Shown here: piece after piece, positions 1 through 7,909 of the stretch
Layout of the letters: every line of letters starts with the position of its first letter
Position numbering within the stretch: position 1 is the stretch's first letter
NCBI GenBank assembly: GCA_020057345.1
Contig: JAGVGA010000078.1
Coordinates: 1-14,473 of the forward strand
DNA from: Candidatus Omnitrophota bacterium
GTDB taxonomy: Bacteria; Omnitrophota; Gorgyraeia; Velamenicoccales; Velamenicoccaceae
Length of the DNA stretch: 14,473 nucleotides
Direction of reading: 5' to 3'
Notes under the pieces: generated by a model
What the model was told of the DNA's origin: nothing
The model's input: only the letters and a program-made list of their open reading frames with translations
Databases searched by the model: none
Translations under genes and position numbers: made by a program

Positions 1-1
1 G

Positions 2-1120
2 ATGAAGGGCATATTTAAATTTTATCTTGTGCAGATCGAACCTGAGTTCAAGCTCTACATCACCCCCATCCAATTCGATCCCAACGACCCTCCCTTCCCG
101 ATCTCCTACCCTGCAGACTACAGCAGGCAAATAGCTCAAAAACTCGGGCCCTACCACACGCAGGGCATGCCTGAGGACACCTGGTCGATCAACGAATTAA
201 GGTTGACGGAAAAAGAACTCTTAGAGCAGACCGAAGAGATCTTTAAGGAAAAGAAATCCCTGTTTGATTACGAATTAGGCCGCTTTCAGGAAGGCGTGCT
301 CTTCTCTTATTTCGGCATGACCGACACCATCCAACACATGTTCTGGCGCTACACCGACCCCGGGCATCCGCTTTACGAGAAAGATGCGTCCAAAGAGTAC
401 AAAGAGATGATACGAACCTGGTACAAAAAGATGGACGCGGTCGTCGGAGAAGTCCTGAAAAAAATAGGCAAAGACGACACGCTCATCATTCTGTCCGACC
501 ACGGATTCAATACTTTCCGCAGGGCGGTCCATCTGAACACGTGGCTTAAAGAAAACGGATACCTTTACCTGAAAGATCCCCAGGCAAGCGAAGGAGGAGC
601 CCTGCTATCAGATATCGACTGGTCAAAAACAAAAGTCTATGCCATCGGCTTCGGCGCTCTTTATATCAATCAAAAAGGCCGGGAAGCCCAGGGGATCGTC
701 GAGCCGGGCGAAGAGGCAACAAAGATCAAAAAAGAACTGATCCACAAACTCAGCAGCTGGCTTGATGAAAAATACAAACAGCCCGTTGTCTACTACATCT
801 ATAAAAAAGAGGATATCTTCAAAGGAAGGCTCGCAGACGAGGCCCCTGACCTCTATGTAGGATTCAATATCGGCTACAGGGCCTCCTGGCAGACAGCGCT
901 GGGCGCCGTTCCCAAAGACCTGATCGAAGATAACCTGAAAAAATGGTCCGGCGACCACCTCTTCGACCCGAATCTTGTCCCGGGCGTTATCTTCACCAAC
1001 AAGATCATCACCAAGGAAAGCCCGACGATCTACGACATAGCGCCTACGATCCTGAAATTGGCGGGATTAGAAGATAGGAAAACTAAAAAATACGGTTTTC
1101 AGGGGCAGGCCCTGTTCTGA
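2..1120 (+). CDS. Type I phosphodiesterase/nucleotide pyrophosphatase-like (alkaline phosphatase superfamily) protein, C-terminal part; 5' end probably lies outside the window
   Basis: The ORF is open from the window edge, so the ATG at 2 is probably internal. The translation carries the C-terminal half of the NPP/AlkP fold, with metal-ligand-type motifs TLIILSDHGFNTF and KKWSGDHLFDP. The N-terminal half that normally bears the nucleophile is absent from the window. Stop TGA ends at 1120. Confidence 0.75.
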   Translation: MKGIFKFYLVQIEPEFKLYITPIQFDPNDPPFPISYPADYSRQIAQKLGPYHTQGMPEDTWSINELRLTEKELLEQTEEIFKEKKSLFDYELGRFQEGVLFSYFGMTDTIQHMFWRYTDPGHPLYEKDASKEYKEMIRTWYKKMDAVVGEVLKKIGKDDTLIILSDHGFNTFRRAVHLNTWLKENGYLYLKDPQASEGGALLSDIDWSKTKVYAIGFGALYINQKGREAQGIVEPGEEATKIKKELIHKLSSWLDEKYKQPVVYYIYKKEDIFKGRLADEAPDLYVGFNIGYRASWQTALGAVPKDLIEDNLKKWSGDHLFDPNLVPGVIFTNKIITKESPTIYDIAPTILKLAGLEDRKTKKYGFQGQALF

Positions 1121-1130
1121 CGCGTCAAGC

Positions 1131-2510
1131 CTACTGCGCGTATCCCAGGCTTCTGATCTTTTGCTTAAAATCCTCATCCGACTGAAATCTCGCGGATCGA
1201 TACGCACTCGCCCTCAACCTCTCTTGACGCTCTGCTAACAAAAGCTTCATCCTTTCAAAGACATCGCCCTTCTTCTCAGACAGATCGCCGGCCTCCCCGG
1301 GGTCTGACTCCAAATCAAAAAACTGATAGATTTTCCCGGGATAAGCGGGGAAAAAGATCTTTATATATTCGCTGTTTTCGTCTAAAGACTCCGGATACTG
1401 TATAAGTTTCCACGGGCCCTGGATCAAGGCGGTTATATCCCTGTAAAAAGAAAAAAGCTCTCTTCTTTGCGGAGCCCCGATTTTAAGAGAAACGCCCTCC
1501 AGCCCGGGGATCTGATTCTCTCCGATCTCATCTAATATCGTCGGAAAGATATCGATCAGCGCGGCGTTCTCATCGATCTTTTTGCCGAAGGCCTGTCCGG
1601 GCCGCTTCACGATCAGGGGGACCCTGACGATCTCATTAAAAAGCGTAAAGATATGATTAAAATAAAGGTGATGCTCGCCCAAGCTCTCCCCGTGGTCAGA
1701 CGTCAGGATGATCAGGCTCTTGTCGTAAAGGCCCCTCTTTTTCAACCCGTCCAGGAGCTTTCCGATCTCTTCATCCGCATAGCGGATAGCCCCGTCGTAT
1801 TGGGCGATATAATAATTAGGATCGTCGATGCCGTCCTGGGCGATAAGCGCAGGGATATAATCCCATCCGCCTTGATGGGATTTCTCGGATCTGCGAATAG
1901 GCAGAGGTCCGCCGGGTTTAAATGGATACAAGCTCCTGTAAGGCTCAGGCGAGCGATACGGCCTGTGAGAGCCTAAATAATAAACCCATAAAAAAAACGG
2001 CTTTTTTCGGGTCTCGGCCCAATGCAGAGCGGCCTCGGCAACGGAAGAGGGCGAAGGAATGGTCACTACCTCGTCGAGCACGGAACCGAAATTCTTCCTG
2101 AGATTCTCGAAAAAAATCCTCTGGTTACCGAAAACCCCAAGGGCAAAACCGTGGACTTTCAGGGATGAAAAAAGATTGGGCGCGGCCGGGTCCAGGACCG
2201 AATCCCAAAACTGCATCTTGTGTTCAGGCGTATATAGAGAAGTCAGCAGGGAATAATTCGAAGGGATGGTCCAGCTCCCCTGAGAAAAAGCATGGGCGAA
2301 CAGAGTGGCTCGGCGGGCCAGGGCATCGATGTGCGGGCTCGTGGGTCTCGAATACCCGTAACAGCCCAGATGGTCCGGCCGCAAGGCATCCACCATGATA
2401 AGGATGACATTCGGTTTCCCGGCGCCCTCTTTACGGCCAGGCCCCTTAACCAGAAAAAAACCGATAGACAGAAACAGTAAGAAAATGAAGAAGGAAATCT
2501 TTTTTTTCAT
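1131..2510 (-). CDS. Membrane-anchored or secreted sulfatase-fold (AlkP superfamily) enzyme with a Thr-type, NPP-like nucleophile motif; probably not a true sulfatase
   Basis: The ATG at 2510..2508 overlaps the cysN stop TGA at 2509..2507 (ATGA). The N-terminus is MKKK followed by a 17-residue hydrophobic stretch, ISFFIFLLFLSIGFFLV. Sulfatase-fold motifs are present: NVILIMVDALRPDHLGCYGY, ILTSDHGESLGEHH and FDLESDPGEAGDL. The nucleophile region reads SWTIPSNYSLLTSLY instead of C/S-x-P-x-R. The ORF-track start at 2543 is a TTG extension inside cysN and is not favoured. Confidence 0.8.
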   Translation of the reverse strand: MKKKISFFIFLLFLSIGFFLVKGPGRKEGAGKPNVILIMVDALRPDHLGCYGYSRPTSPHIDALARRATLFAHAFSQGSWTIPSNYSLLTSLYTPEHKMQFWDSVLDPAAPNLFSSLKVHGFALGVFGNQRIFFENLRKNFGSVLDEVVTIPSPSSVAEAALHWAETRKKPFFLWVYYLGSHRPYRSPEPYRSLYPFKPGGPLPIRRSEKSHQGGWDYIPALIAQDGIDDPNYYIAQYDGAIRYADEEIGKLLDGLKKRGLYDKSLIILTSDHGESLGEHHLYFNHIFTLFNEIVRVPLIVKRPGQAFGKKIDENAALIDIFPTILDEIGENQIPGLEGVSLKIGAPQRRELFSFYRDITALIQGPWKLIQYPESLDENSEYIKIFFPAYPGKIYQFFDLESDPGEAGDLSEKKGDVFERMKLLLAERQERLRASAYRSARFQSDEDFKQKIRSLGYAQ

Positions 2511-3745
2511 TCCAAGCCGGTGATAACGACGCCTGCGGCGCAAACCTGGCCGTCCGACTCAAGCACAAATCTTCCCAATTCTTCGACAGAGCCAAAAGGC
2601 TCGACGACAAAAGCCCGCTCGGTCTTCAGGATGATTTTGGCCATCTCATTGAGCTTGAGCGAAGCCGCCTCTTTTTCCAAAATCTCCAGGGCCGAAGGGT
2701 CCATGCGGTCACCGATGCTCTCAATCTCGCAGCTCAACTCCTGAGTGGCGCAGCGCAAGATCATCCTTGCCCCGCGGCTTAAAGGCTCATCGCAGAGCCA
2801 GAAGACGCGGCCCTGAAAGCGCTTAAAAGGCACAGGCGCTTTTTCAACCTGACAAAGAACATCCCCGCGCTTGATATCGGAAGAATTTTTTAGGACAACG
2901 CCGATGTTCTCGCCTGCGACGGCCAGGTCCTTCTGTTTAGCGTAAACCCTGATCTCTGCGACGGACGTCTTTTTCCCTGAAGGCAGCACAATCACATCCT
3001 GGCCGCGTTTCAGGCGTCCGGAGGCAACCCTCCCTAAGACCAAGACTTCTTTTTTTACCCTGTAAATATCCTGAACCGGGAAACGCAGCGGCTTATCTTT
3101 TCCTTGCGTCGGACATTCTAGAGAATCCAAAGCGCCCAATAAAGTCGGCCCTTTGTGCCATCGCAGGACCTGTGACCGGCGAAGAACATTTTCTCCGCTC
3201 TTGGCAGACACGGGGATGATCAACGGCGCCTTTAATTTGCTCTTGCTGAAAAAAAGTTCAACCTCAGAGGCTACGGATTCGAATCTGGATCTATCAAAAA
3301 CAGCCAGATCCATTTTATTGACAGCGACAAGGACCTTCTCGATGCCCAACAATTCAAAAAGGGCAATGAGCCTGCGCGTCTGTTCTGTTACGCCCTGCCC
3401 GACATCGACGATGAGGAGGGCGATGTCCGCCTGGGTTGCACCGGTCATCGTGTTTTTGATCAGCTCAACGTGGCCCGGGGTATCGATGAGGCAATACTTT
3501 CTTTTTTTTGTTTTAAAAAAGACCTGCGTCGTGTCGATGGTCCGCTCCTGCCTGCGCTCTTCTTCGAGCTGGTCCAATAAAAACGCCAGCTCCATATCTT
3601 TGCCTAAATCCGCGGAGGCCTTTTTAATCTCAAGAAGTTTTCCGTTGGATAAAGACCGGGTCTCAACGAGGATCCGGCCGATCAGCGTTGACTTTCCATG
3701 GTCAACCTGGCCGCAGATAACTATGGGGATGGCTTTCTTATCCAT
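2507..3745 (-). CDS. cysN: Sulfate adenylyltransferase subunit 1 (CysN/NodQ-type GTPase), short form without an APS kinase domain
   Basis: EF-Tu/CysN-type G motifs are present: GQVDHGKSTLIGRIL (G1), DTPGH (G3), NKMD (G4) and SAKSG (G5). By eye it is collinear with E. coli CysN (PLRFPVQ, VLPSGK and the beta-barrel domains). It lies immediately downstream of cysD. At 412 aa it ends before any CysC-like domain. Confidence 0.85.
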   Translation of the reverse strand: MDKKAIPIVICGQVDHGKSTLIGRILVETRSLSNGKLLEIKKASADLGKDMELAFLLDQLEEERRQERTIDTTQVFFKTKKRKYCLIDTPGHVELIKNTMTGATQADIALLIVDVGQGVTEQTRRLIALFELLGIEKVLVAVNKMDLAVFDRSRFESVASEVELFFSKSKLKAPLIIPVSAKSGENVLRRSQVLRWHKGPTLLGALDSLECPTQGKDKPLRFPVQDIYRVKKEVLVLGRVASGRLKRGQDVIVLPSGKKTSVAEIRVYAKQKDLAVAGENIGVVLKNSSDIKRGDVLCQVEKAPVPFKRFQGRVFWLCDEPLSRGARMILRCATQELSCEIESIGDRMDPSALEILEKEAASLKLNEMAKIILKTERAFVVEPFGSVEELGRFVLESDGQVCAAGVVITGLE

Positions 3746-3780
3746 AAAACCGAATCGGGCGTAACCTGTCTTTGGTGGGA

Positions 3781-4581
3781 TTACATATACCCCAGGCTTC
3801 TCAACCGCTGCATGGTGTACGTATCTTCCTTGTCCTGGGCCCGGCCGCTGCGTTCGGCGACCTTCGTCTTCTCAAGCTCTCGGATGATCTTTGCAATTGT
3901 GTCTGCCCGGGAATCTACCGGAGAACAACAAAGGGCGCACCCGATACTTCGGTAGCGCTTGCCCTTTTTTGCCAGGTAGAGCTCGACGATCGGGATCTTT
4001 TCGGCGAGGGTATACTTCCAGACATCCAGCTCTGTCCAGTGGAGCATAGGGTGAACGCGGATATGCTGTTCGCCCTCGAGCCGCGTCTTATAAAAATCCC
4101 AAAGCTCAGGCGGCTGGTCCTGATAGTTCCAGGTAAAATCCTCGGAGCGCGGGGAGAACACCCTCTCCTTAGCCCGTATGCCGTGCTCATCCCGCCGGAT
4201 AGCCAAGAGCAACGCCTGAAGGCCGCGTTCCCGGATTGTCTGTTTCAACGCCTCGGTCTTCAGTAAATTGCAGCACTCGAATTTGCCGAATTTCGGGTGG
4301 ATACCTTTTTGGAGGGCCTGCGCATTTTTGCTGATGACAAGATCCAGCCCCCATTTTTTGCTGTATTCATCGCGGAAGCGGTAGATCTCCGGGAACTTGA
4401 AGCCCGTATCGATATGAATCACGGGAAAAGGAACCGCGCCGAAAAAGGCCTTGCGTAAGATCCATAAGAGGGCTGTTGAATCTTTCCCCATCGACCACAG
4501 AAAGCCGACATTTTTGAAACGGCTGGTGGCCTCGCGAACGATATAGATGGTCCTGTTTTCCAGATCGCTCAGATAGCTCAT
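3781..4581 (-). CDS. cysD: Sulfate adenylyltransferase subunit 2 (CysD/NodP, PAPS-reductase-like PP-loop ATPase)
   Basis: Contains the PP-loop SMGKDSTALLWILRKAF, plus HIDTGFKFPE, RRDEHGIRAKERVFSPR and HPMLHWTELDVWKY, collinear with E. coli CysD. It lacks the ~30-aa insertion that E. coli CysD has before the C-terminal RxRxxGC segment. ATG at 4581 lies 4 nt after the folE stop. Confidence 0.9.
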   Translation of the reverse strand: MSYLSDLENRTIYIVREATSRFKNVGFLWSMGKDSTALLWILRKAFFGAVPFPVIHIDTGFKFPEIYRFRDEYSKKWGLDLVISKNAQALQKGIHPKFGKFECCNLLKTEALKQTIRERGLQALLLAIRRDEHGIRAKERVFSPRSEDFTWNYQDQPPELWDFYKTRLEGEQHIRVHPMLHWTELDVWKYTLAEKIPIVELYLAKKGKRYRSIGCALCCSPVDSRADTIAKIIRELEKTKVAERSGRAQDKEDTYTMQRLRSLGYM

Positions 4582-4585
4582 CGCC

Positions 4586-5143
4586 TTACCCCTTGATCAG
4601 CGCGAGGGTCTCGGAGCGCGTTTTTTCGTTTTCCTTGAAAACACCGCGCACCGCGCTGGTCACGGTCATGATCCCTGGTTTTTTTACCCCGCGCATGCTC
4701 ATGCACAAGTGCTCGGCCTCGATCACCACCATGACGCCCAGCGGCTTTAATTTATCCATGATGACGCTGGCGATCTCCGTGGTGAGCCGCTCCTGGACCT
4801 GAAGCCGGCGGGACAGGATATCGACGACGCGGACGATCTTGCTTAAGCCCGTGACGCGGCCGCCCTTGGGGATATAAGCGATATTGGCGCGACCGATAAA
4901 CGGCAACAGATGGTGCTCGCACACCGAATACAGCGGAATACCCTTCAAAAGCACGATCTCCTCATGCTTGTGGTCCAGAATGACCTCTAACTCTTTTTTT
5001 GGATCAACGCCTGTGCCTGAAAGGATCTCGGTATACATGTCCGCCACGCGCTCGGGCGTCTCCGAAAGATCCTTCCTCTTGGGGTCTTCGCCGATCGCCT
5101 CCAGGATCATCTGCGCCGCTTTTTTCAATTTCTGTTTATCCAT
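4586..5143 (-). CDS. folE: GTP cyclohydrolase I (FolE, type IA)
   Basis: Hallmark motifs [11 protein letters not shown] and [10 protein letters not shown] (the Zn-binding Cys/His/Cys set) are present. The 185 aa length is typical. ATG at 5143 is preceded by GAGGGAAAG. Confidence 0.95.
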   Translation of the reverse strand: MDKQKLKKAAQMILEAIGEDPKRKDLSETPERVADMYTEILSGTGVDPKKELEVILDHKHEEIVLLKGIPLYSVCEHHLLPFIGRANIAYIPKGGRVTGLSKIVRVVDILSRRLQVQERLTTEIASVIMDKLKPLGVMVVIEAEHLCMSMRGVKKPGIMTVTSAVRGVFKENEKTRSETLALIKG

Positions 5144-5150
5144 CTTTCCC

Positions 5151-6542
5151 TCACTTCCCTATGCAAAATTTTGAGAAAATCACGTCCAAGAGCTTATCGC
5201 TAAAAACCTCGCCGGTCAGCGCGCCCAACCCGTCTACGGCTTTCCTTAAATCGAGCGCCACGAACTCAAGCGATAATTTCTTGGCGAGCGTCGCACAAGC
5301 AGCCTCGCAGGCCATAAGCGACTTCTTAAGGATATCCATGTGGCGCGCGTTAGAGACGACCGCCCCCTCGTCGGCAAACGGGCCGCCGTCAAAGACAGTC
5401 CTGTAGATCGCCTCTTCCAAAACTTCAATATTTTTGCCTTTGAGCGCCGAGACTTCGATCGCAGGCTTTGAAAAATTGGCCGCCATCGCCGGGACTTTGA
5501 TCCTCCTCTTTTTGTCGCTCTTGTTGACAACCACCAAGGCCTTCTTGTCTTTTATTTGTTGAGCAAGCGTCCAGTCTTCCTTGGTCAAAGCGCTGCTGCC
5601 ATCAAGGACAAAAAGCACAAGATCACACTCATGCAAAGCCTTGCGCGTCCGCAAAAGCGCTTCTTTCTCGATCTTATTGCGGTGTTTCAGCATGCCCGCG
5701 GTATCGATGAGCTGCACGGCCAGGCCCTTTATATTGATATATTCTTCGATCGTATCCCGCGTCGTCCCGGCGATTGACGTGACGATCGCGCGTTCCTGTT
5801 TTAAGATAGCATTTAATAACGACGATTTACCCACGTTGGGTTTTCCGAAAATGACGACCTTGAGCCCATCGCGTATGATCTTGCCCTTGAAACCGCGCTC
5901 GATGAGGTCTTTGAGCTGCGCGTTGACAGAAAAAAGCCTGTTTTGAAAACTCACAAGACTCACCGCGCTGATATCCTCCTCTGAAAAATCAACGGATGCC
6001 TCCATATCCGCCAGAATCTCGAGCATATTTTTCCTCAAGCTCTTGATCTGTCGGGAAATCGTTCCTGAAAGCTGGGACAGGCTGTTTTTGAGCGCCAGAT
6101 CGCTCTTGGCCCGGATGATATCCAGGACCGCCTCGGCCTGCGCCAGGTCCAGGCGGCCGTTCAAAAACGCCCTTTTGGTGAATTCCCCGGGTTCGGCCAT
6201 ACGCGCGCCGTTGGCTAAAACCAATTCCAGGATAAGAGCGAGCGGCCTGGCGCCGCCGTGCGAATTGATCTCGACCACGTCTTCGCGCGTATAGCTCTTA
6301 GGAGCACGCATCAGGGAAACGACGACCTCATCGACAATGACCCCTCGATCGCCGGCGATCCAGCCGTAACGCAGGGAAAAGGTTTTTGAATCAAGGATGG
6401 GTTTTTTATTTTTTGCCAGAAATACTTTATCGACGATGGCTGTCGCCTGAAGCCCGCTTAAACGCACGATGCCGATAGCCCCTTCTCCCCAGGGGGTCGC
6501 GATGGCAGCGATCGTGTCCTCGGCGAGAGCTACTTTCGCCAT
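5151..6542 (-). CDS. mnmE: tRNA uridine-34 5-carboxymethylaminomethyl modification GTPase MnmE (TrmE)
   Basis: The N-terminal folate-binding domain signature [22 protein letters not shown] is present. The G domain shows [20 protein letters not shown] and NKSD. The C-terminus has the invariant CIGK. ATG at 6542 overlaps the folC 3' end by 13 nt. Confidence 0.95.
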   Translation of the reverse strand: MAKVALAEDTIAAIATPWGEGAIGIVRLSGLQATAIVDKVFLAKNKKPILDSKTFSLRYGWIAGDRGVIVDEVVVSLMRAPKSYTREDVVEINSHGGARPLALILELVLANGARMAEPGEFTKRAFLNGRLDLAQAEAVLDIIRAKSDLALKNSLSQLSGTISRQIKSLRKNMLEILADMEASVDFSEEDISAVSLVSFQNRLFSVNAQLKDLIERGFKGKIIRDGLKVVIFGKPNVGKSSLLNAILKQERAIVTSIAGTTRDTIEEYINIKGLAVQLIDTAGMLKHRNKIEKEALLRTRKALHECDLVLFVLDGSSALTKEDWTLAQQIKDKKALVVVNKSDKKRRIKVPAMAANFSKPAIEVSALKGKNIEVLEEAIYRTVFDGGPFADEGAVVSNARHMDILKKSLMACEAACATLAKKLSLEFVALDLRKAVDGLGALTGEVFSDKLLDVIFSKFCIGK

Positions 6543-7906
6543 ATCGCCCTTGCTTCGCCTACGACAAACAACGACCCGGTGATGATCGCGACCTCTTCCT
6601 CTTTGATCTCCCGATTGAGAAATTCCAGCGCCTGCTCAACGGAATTTGTCACGGTCAAACCGCTTTTCTTAAAATAGGGCTTCAGTGTCTTTTCCGGATC
6701 CGCAGAGCGCGGATTATCCGCGCGCGTTAAGATAATCTTATCCGCCATAGGCTCAAGCTGCTCGACGATCCCTTTCAGGTCTTTATCCTCGGAGGCGCCG
6801 AAGACAAGCCACTTGCTGAATTTCTTGAATTCCTTCTCTAAAAAGTTAACAAGGCGGCTCGCGGAATCCCTGTTGTGGGCGCCGTCTAAGATAATAAAGG
6901 GCTTGGTGTGAATGACCTCCAGACGGCCCGGCCAAAAAGCGTTCCAGAGCCCGCGGCTCATGGAATCGCTGCGGATCCGGATGCCGTGCAAAGAGAGCGC
7001 CTCGCACGCCGCTAGACTTAAAGACGCGTTCACAAGCTGATGGGTGCCGAGCATGCGCGTTTTAAAGAAAAACGAGCCGTCGTTTAAGCCTTTATAGAAA
7101 AAGTCCTGGGACATCAGGTCCCCGGAAAGGCGCTTGAAATAAAAATCCTTTTCCATCTCGAAAAGCACCGACCCTTCCGACGCGGCCCTGCGCCTGAGGA
7201 CGTCCATCACTTCTTTTGTCTGGTTCGCCGTCACAGCCACGCCGACCCCGTCAGCCGCTCTTATGTTCGAAGACTTGATGATCCCGGCCTTCTCGTAAGC
7301 GATCTCGGGGAGCGTCTGGCCTAAGATCTGCTCGTGGTCGTAGCTGATGGGCGTGATCACGCTGACAAGCGCATTCGTCGCGTTGGTCGCATCAAACCTC
7401 CCGCCCAGGCCGGTCTCAAGAACAACAAAATCCACGCCCTTGTCTTTAAAATACATCAAGGCCACAACGGTGAGCACTTCAAAAAAGGTCAGCTTGTCCA
7501 GATTGGAAAAAGTATGGTGAAACGATTCGATCTTGGGCGCAAGCGACTCCAGGAGAGCGACAAAATCATTTTTCAGGATCATCCCCGGGAAAAAGATCTT
7601 TTCGTCCGCCGTGTTATTGGGATCCAGGATACGGATCCTCTCTCTCAAATCTTTCAGGTGGGGCGAAGTGTAGAGCCCGACGCGCAATCCTTCTTCTTTA
7701 AGGATATGGGCGATAAAACAAGAGGCCGAGCCCTTGCCTTTGGTGCCGGCGACATGGATGATTTTTAGCTGATCCTGGGGATCCCCAAGACAAGAAAGGA
7801 ATTTTCTGATCCTCTCGAACTTAAAAGCCGTAGAGTAGTGATAGTGAGTCTTTCTCTCGTAATTGACGAAAGACTCCAAATAGGTGATCGCTTCTTCGTA
7901 GGTCAT
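6530..7906 (-). CDS. folC: Folylpolyglutamate synthase / dihydrofolate synthase (FolC, Mur ligase family)
   Basis: Contains the Mur-ligase P-loop HVAGTKGKGS, plus YTSPHL, ETGLGGRFDATN, ISYDHEQILG and ILDGAHN. Length is 458 aa. ATG at 7906 lies 3 nt after the purH stop. Confidence 0.9.
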   Translation of the reverse strand: MTYEEAITYLESFVNYERKTHYHYSTAFKFERIRKFLSCLGDPQDQLKIIHVAGTKGKGSASCFIAHILKEEGLRVGLYTSPHLKDLRERIRILDPNNTADEKIFFPGMILKNDFVALLESLAPKIESFHHTFSNLDKLTFFEVLTVVALMYFKDKGVDFVVLETGLGGRFDATNATNALVSVITPISYDHEQILGQTLPEIAYEKAGIIKSSNIRAADGVGVAVTANQTKEVMDVLRRRAASEGSVLFEMEKDFYFKRLSGDLMSQDFFYKGLNDGSFFFKTRMLGTHQLVNASLSLAACEALSLHGIRIRSDSMSRGLWNAFWPGRLEVIHTKPFIILDGAHNRDSASRLVNFLEKEFKKFSKWLVFGASEDKDLKGIVEQLEPMADKIILTRADNPRSADPEKTLKPYFKKSGLTVTNSVEQALEFLNREIKEEEVAIITGSLFVVGEARAIWRK

Positions 7907-7909
7907 TAT

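Noticed and set aside
2500-2507. An A8 homopolymer (minus strand) immediately after the sulfatase-like start codon (ATGAAAAAAAAG), considered as a slipped-strand phase-variation tract.
   Set aside because: Eight bases is short for a contingency locus, and the run simply encodes the Lys-rich n-region of a signal peptide. No supporting evidence can be drawn from a single sequence.
2511-2543. A TTG-initiated extension MRRRRRYHRLG on the sulfatase-like ORF, which could be read as a twin-arginine (Tat) signal.
   Set aside because: It does not fit the S/T-R-R-x-F-L-K consensus and lies entirely inside the cysN coding sequence. The ATG at 2510 forms a classic ATGA overlap with the cysN stop and gives a normal KKK-plus-hydrophobic signal or anchor.
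3153-4266. Plus-strand ORFs of 203 aa (3153..3764) and 164 aa (3772..4266), antisense to cysN and cysD.
   Set aside because: These are shadow ORFs of well-supported minus-strand genes. Their translations are Ser/Arg/Leu-rich and lack motifs. The same applies to the other 60-145 aa antisense or out-of-frame ORFs in the track, for example 7334..7768, 13982..14410 and 10474..10812.
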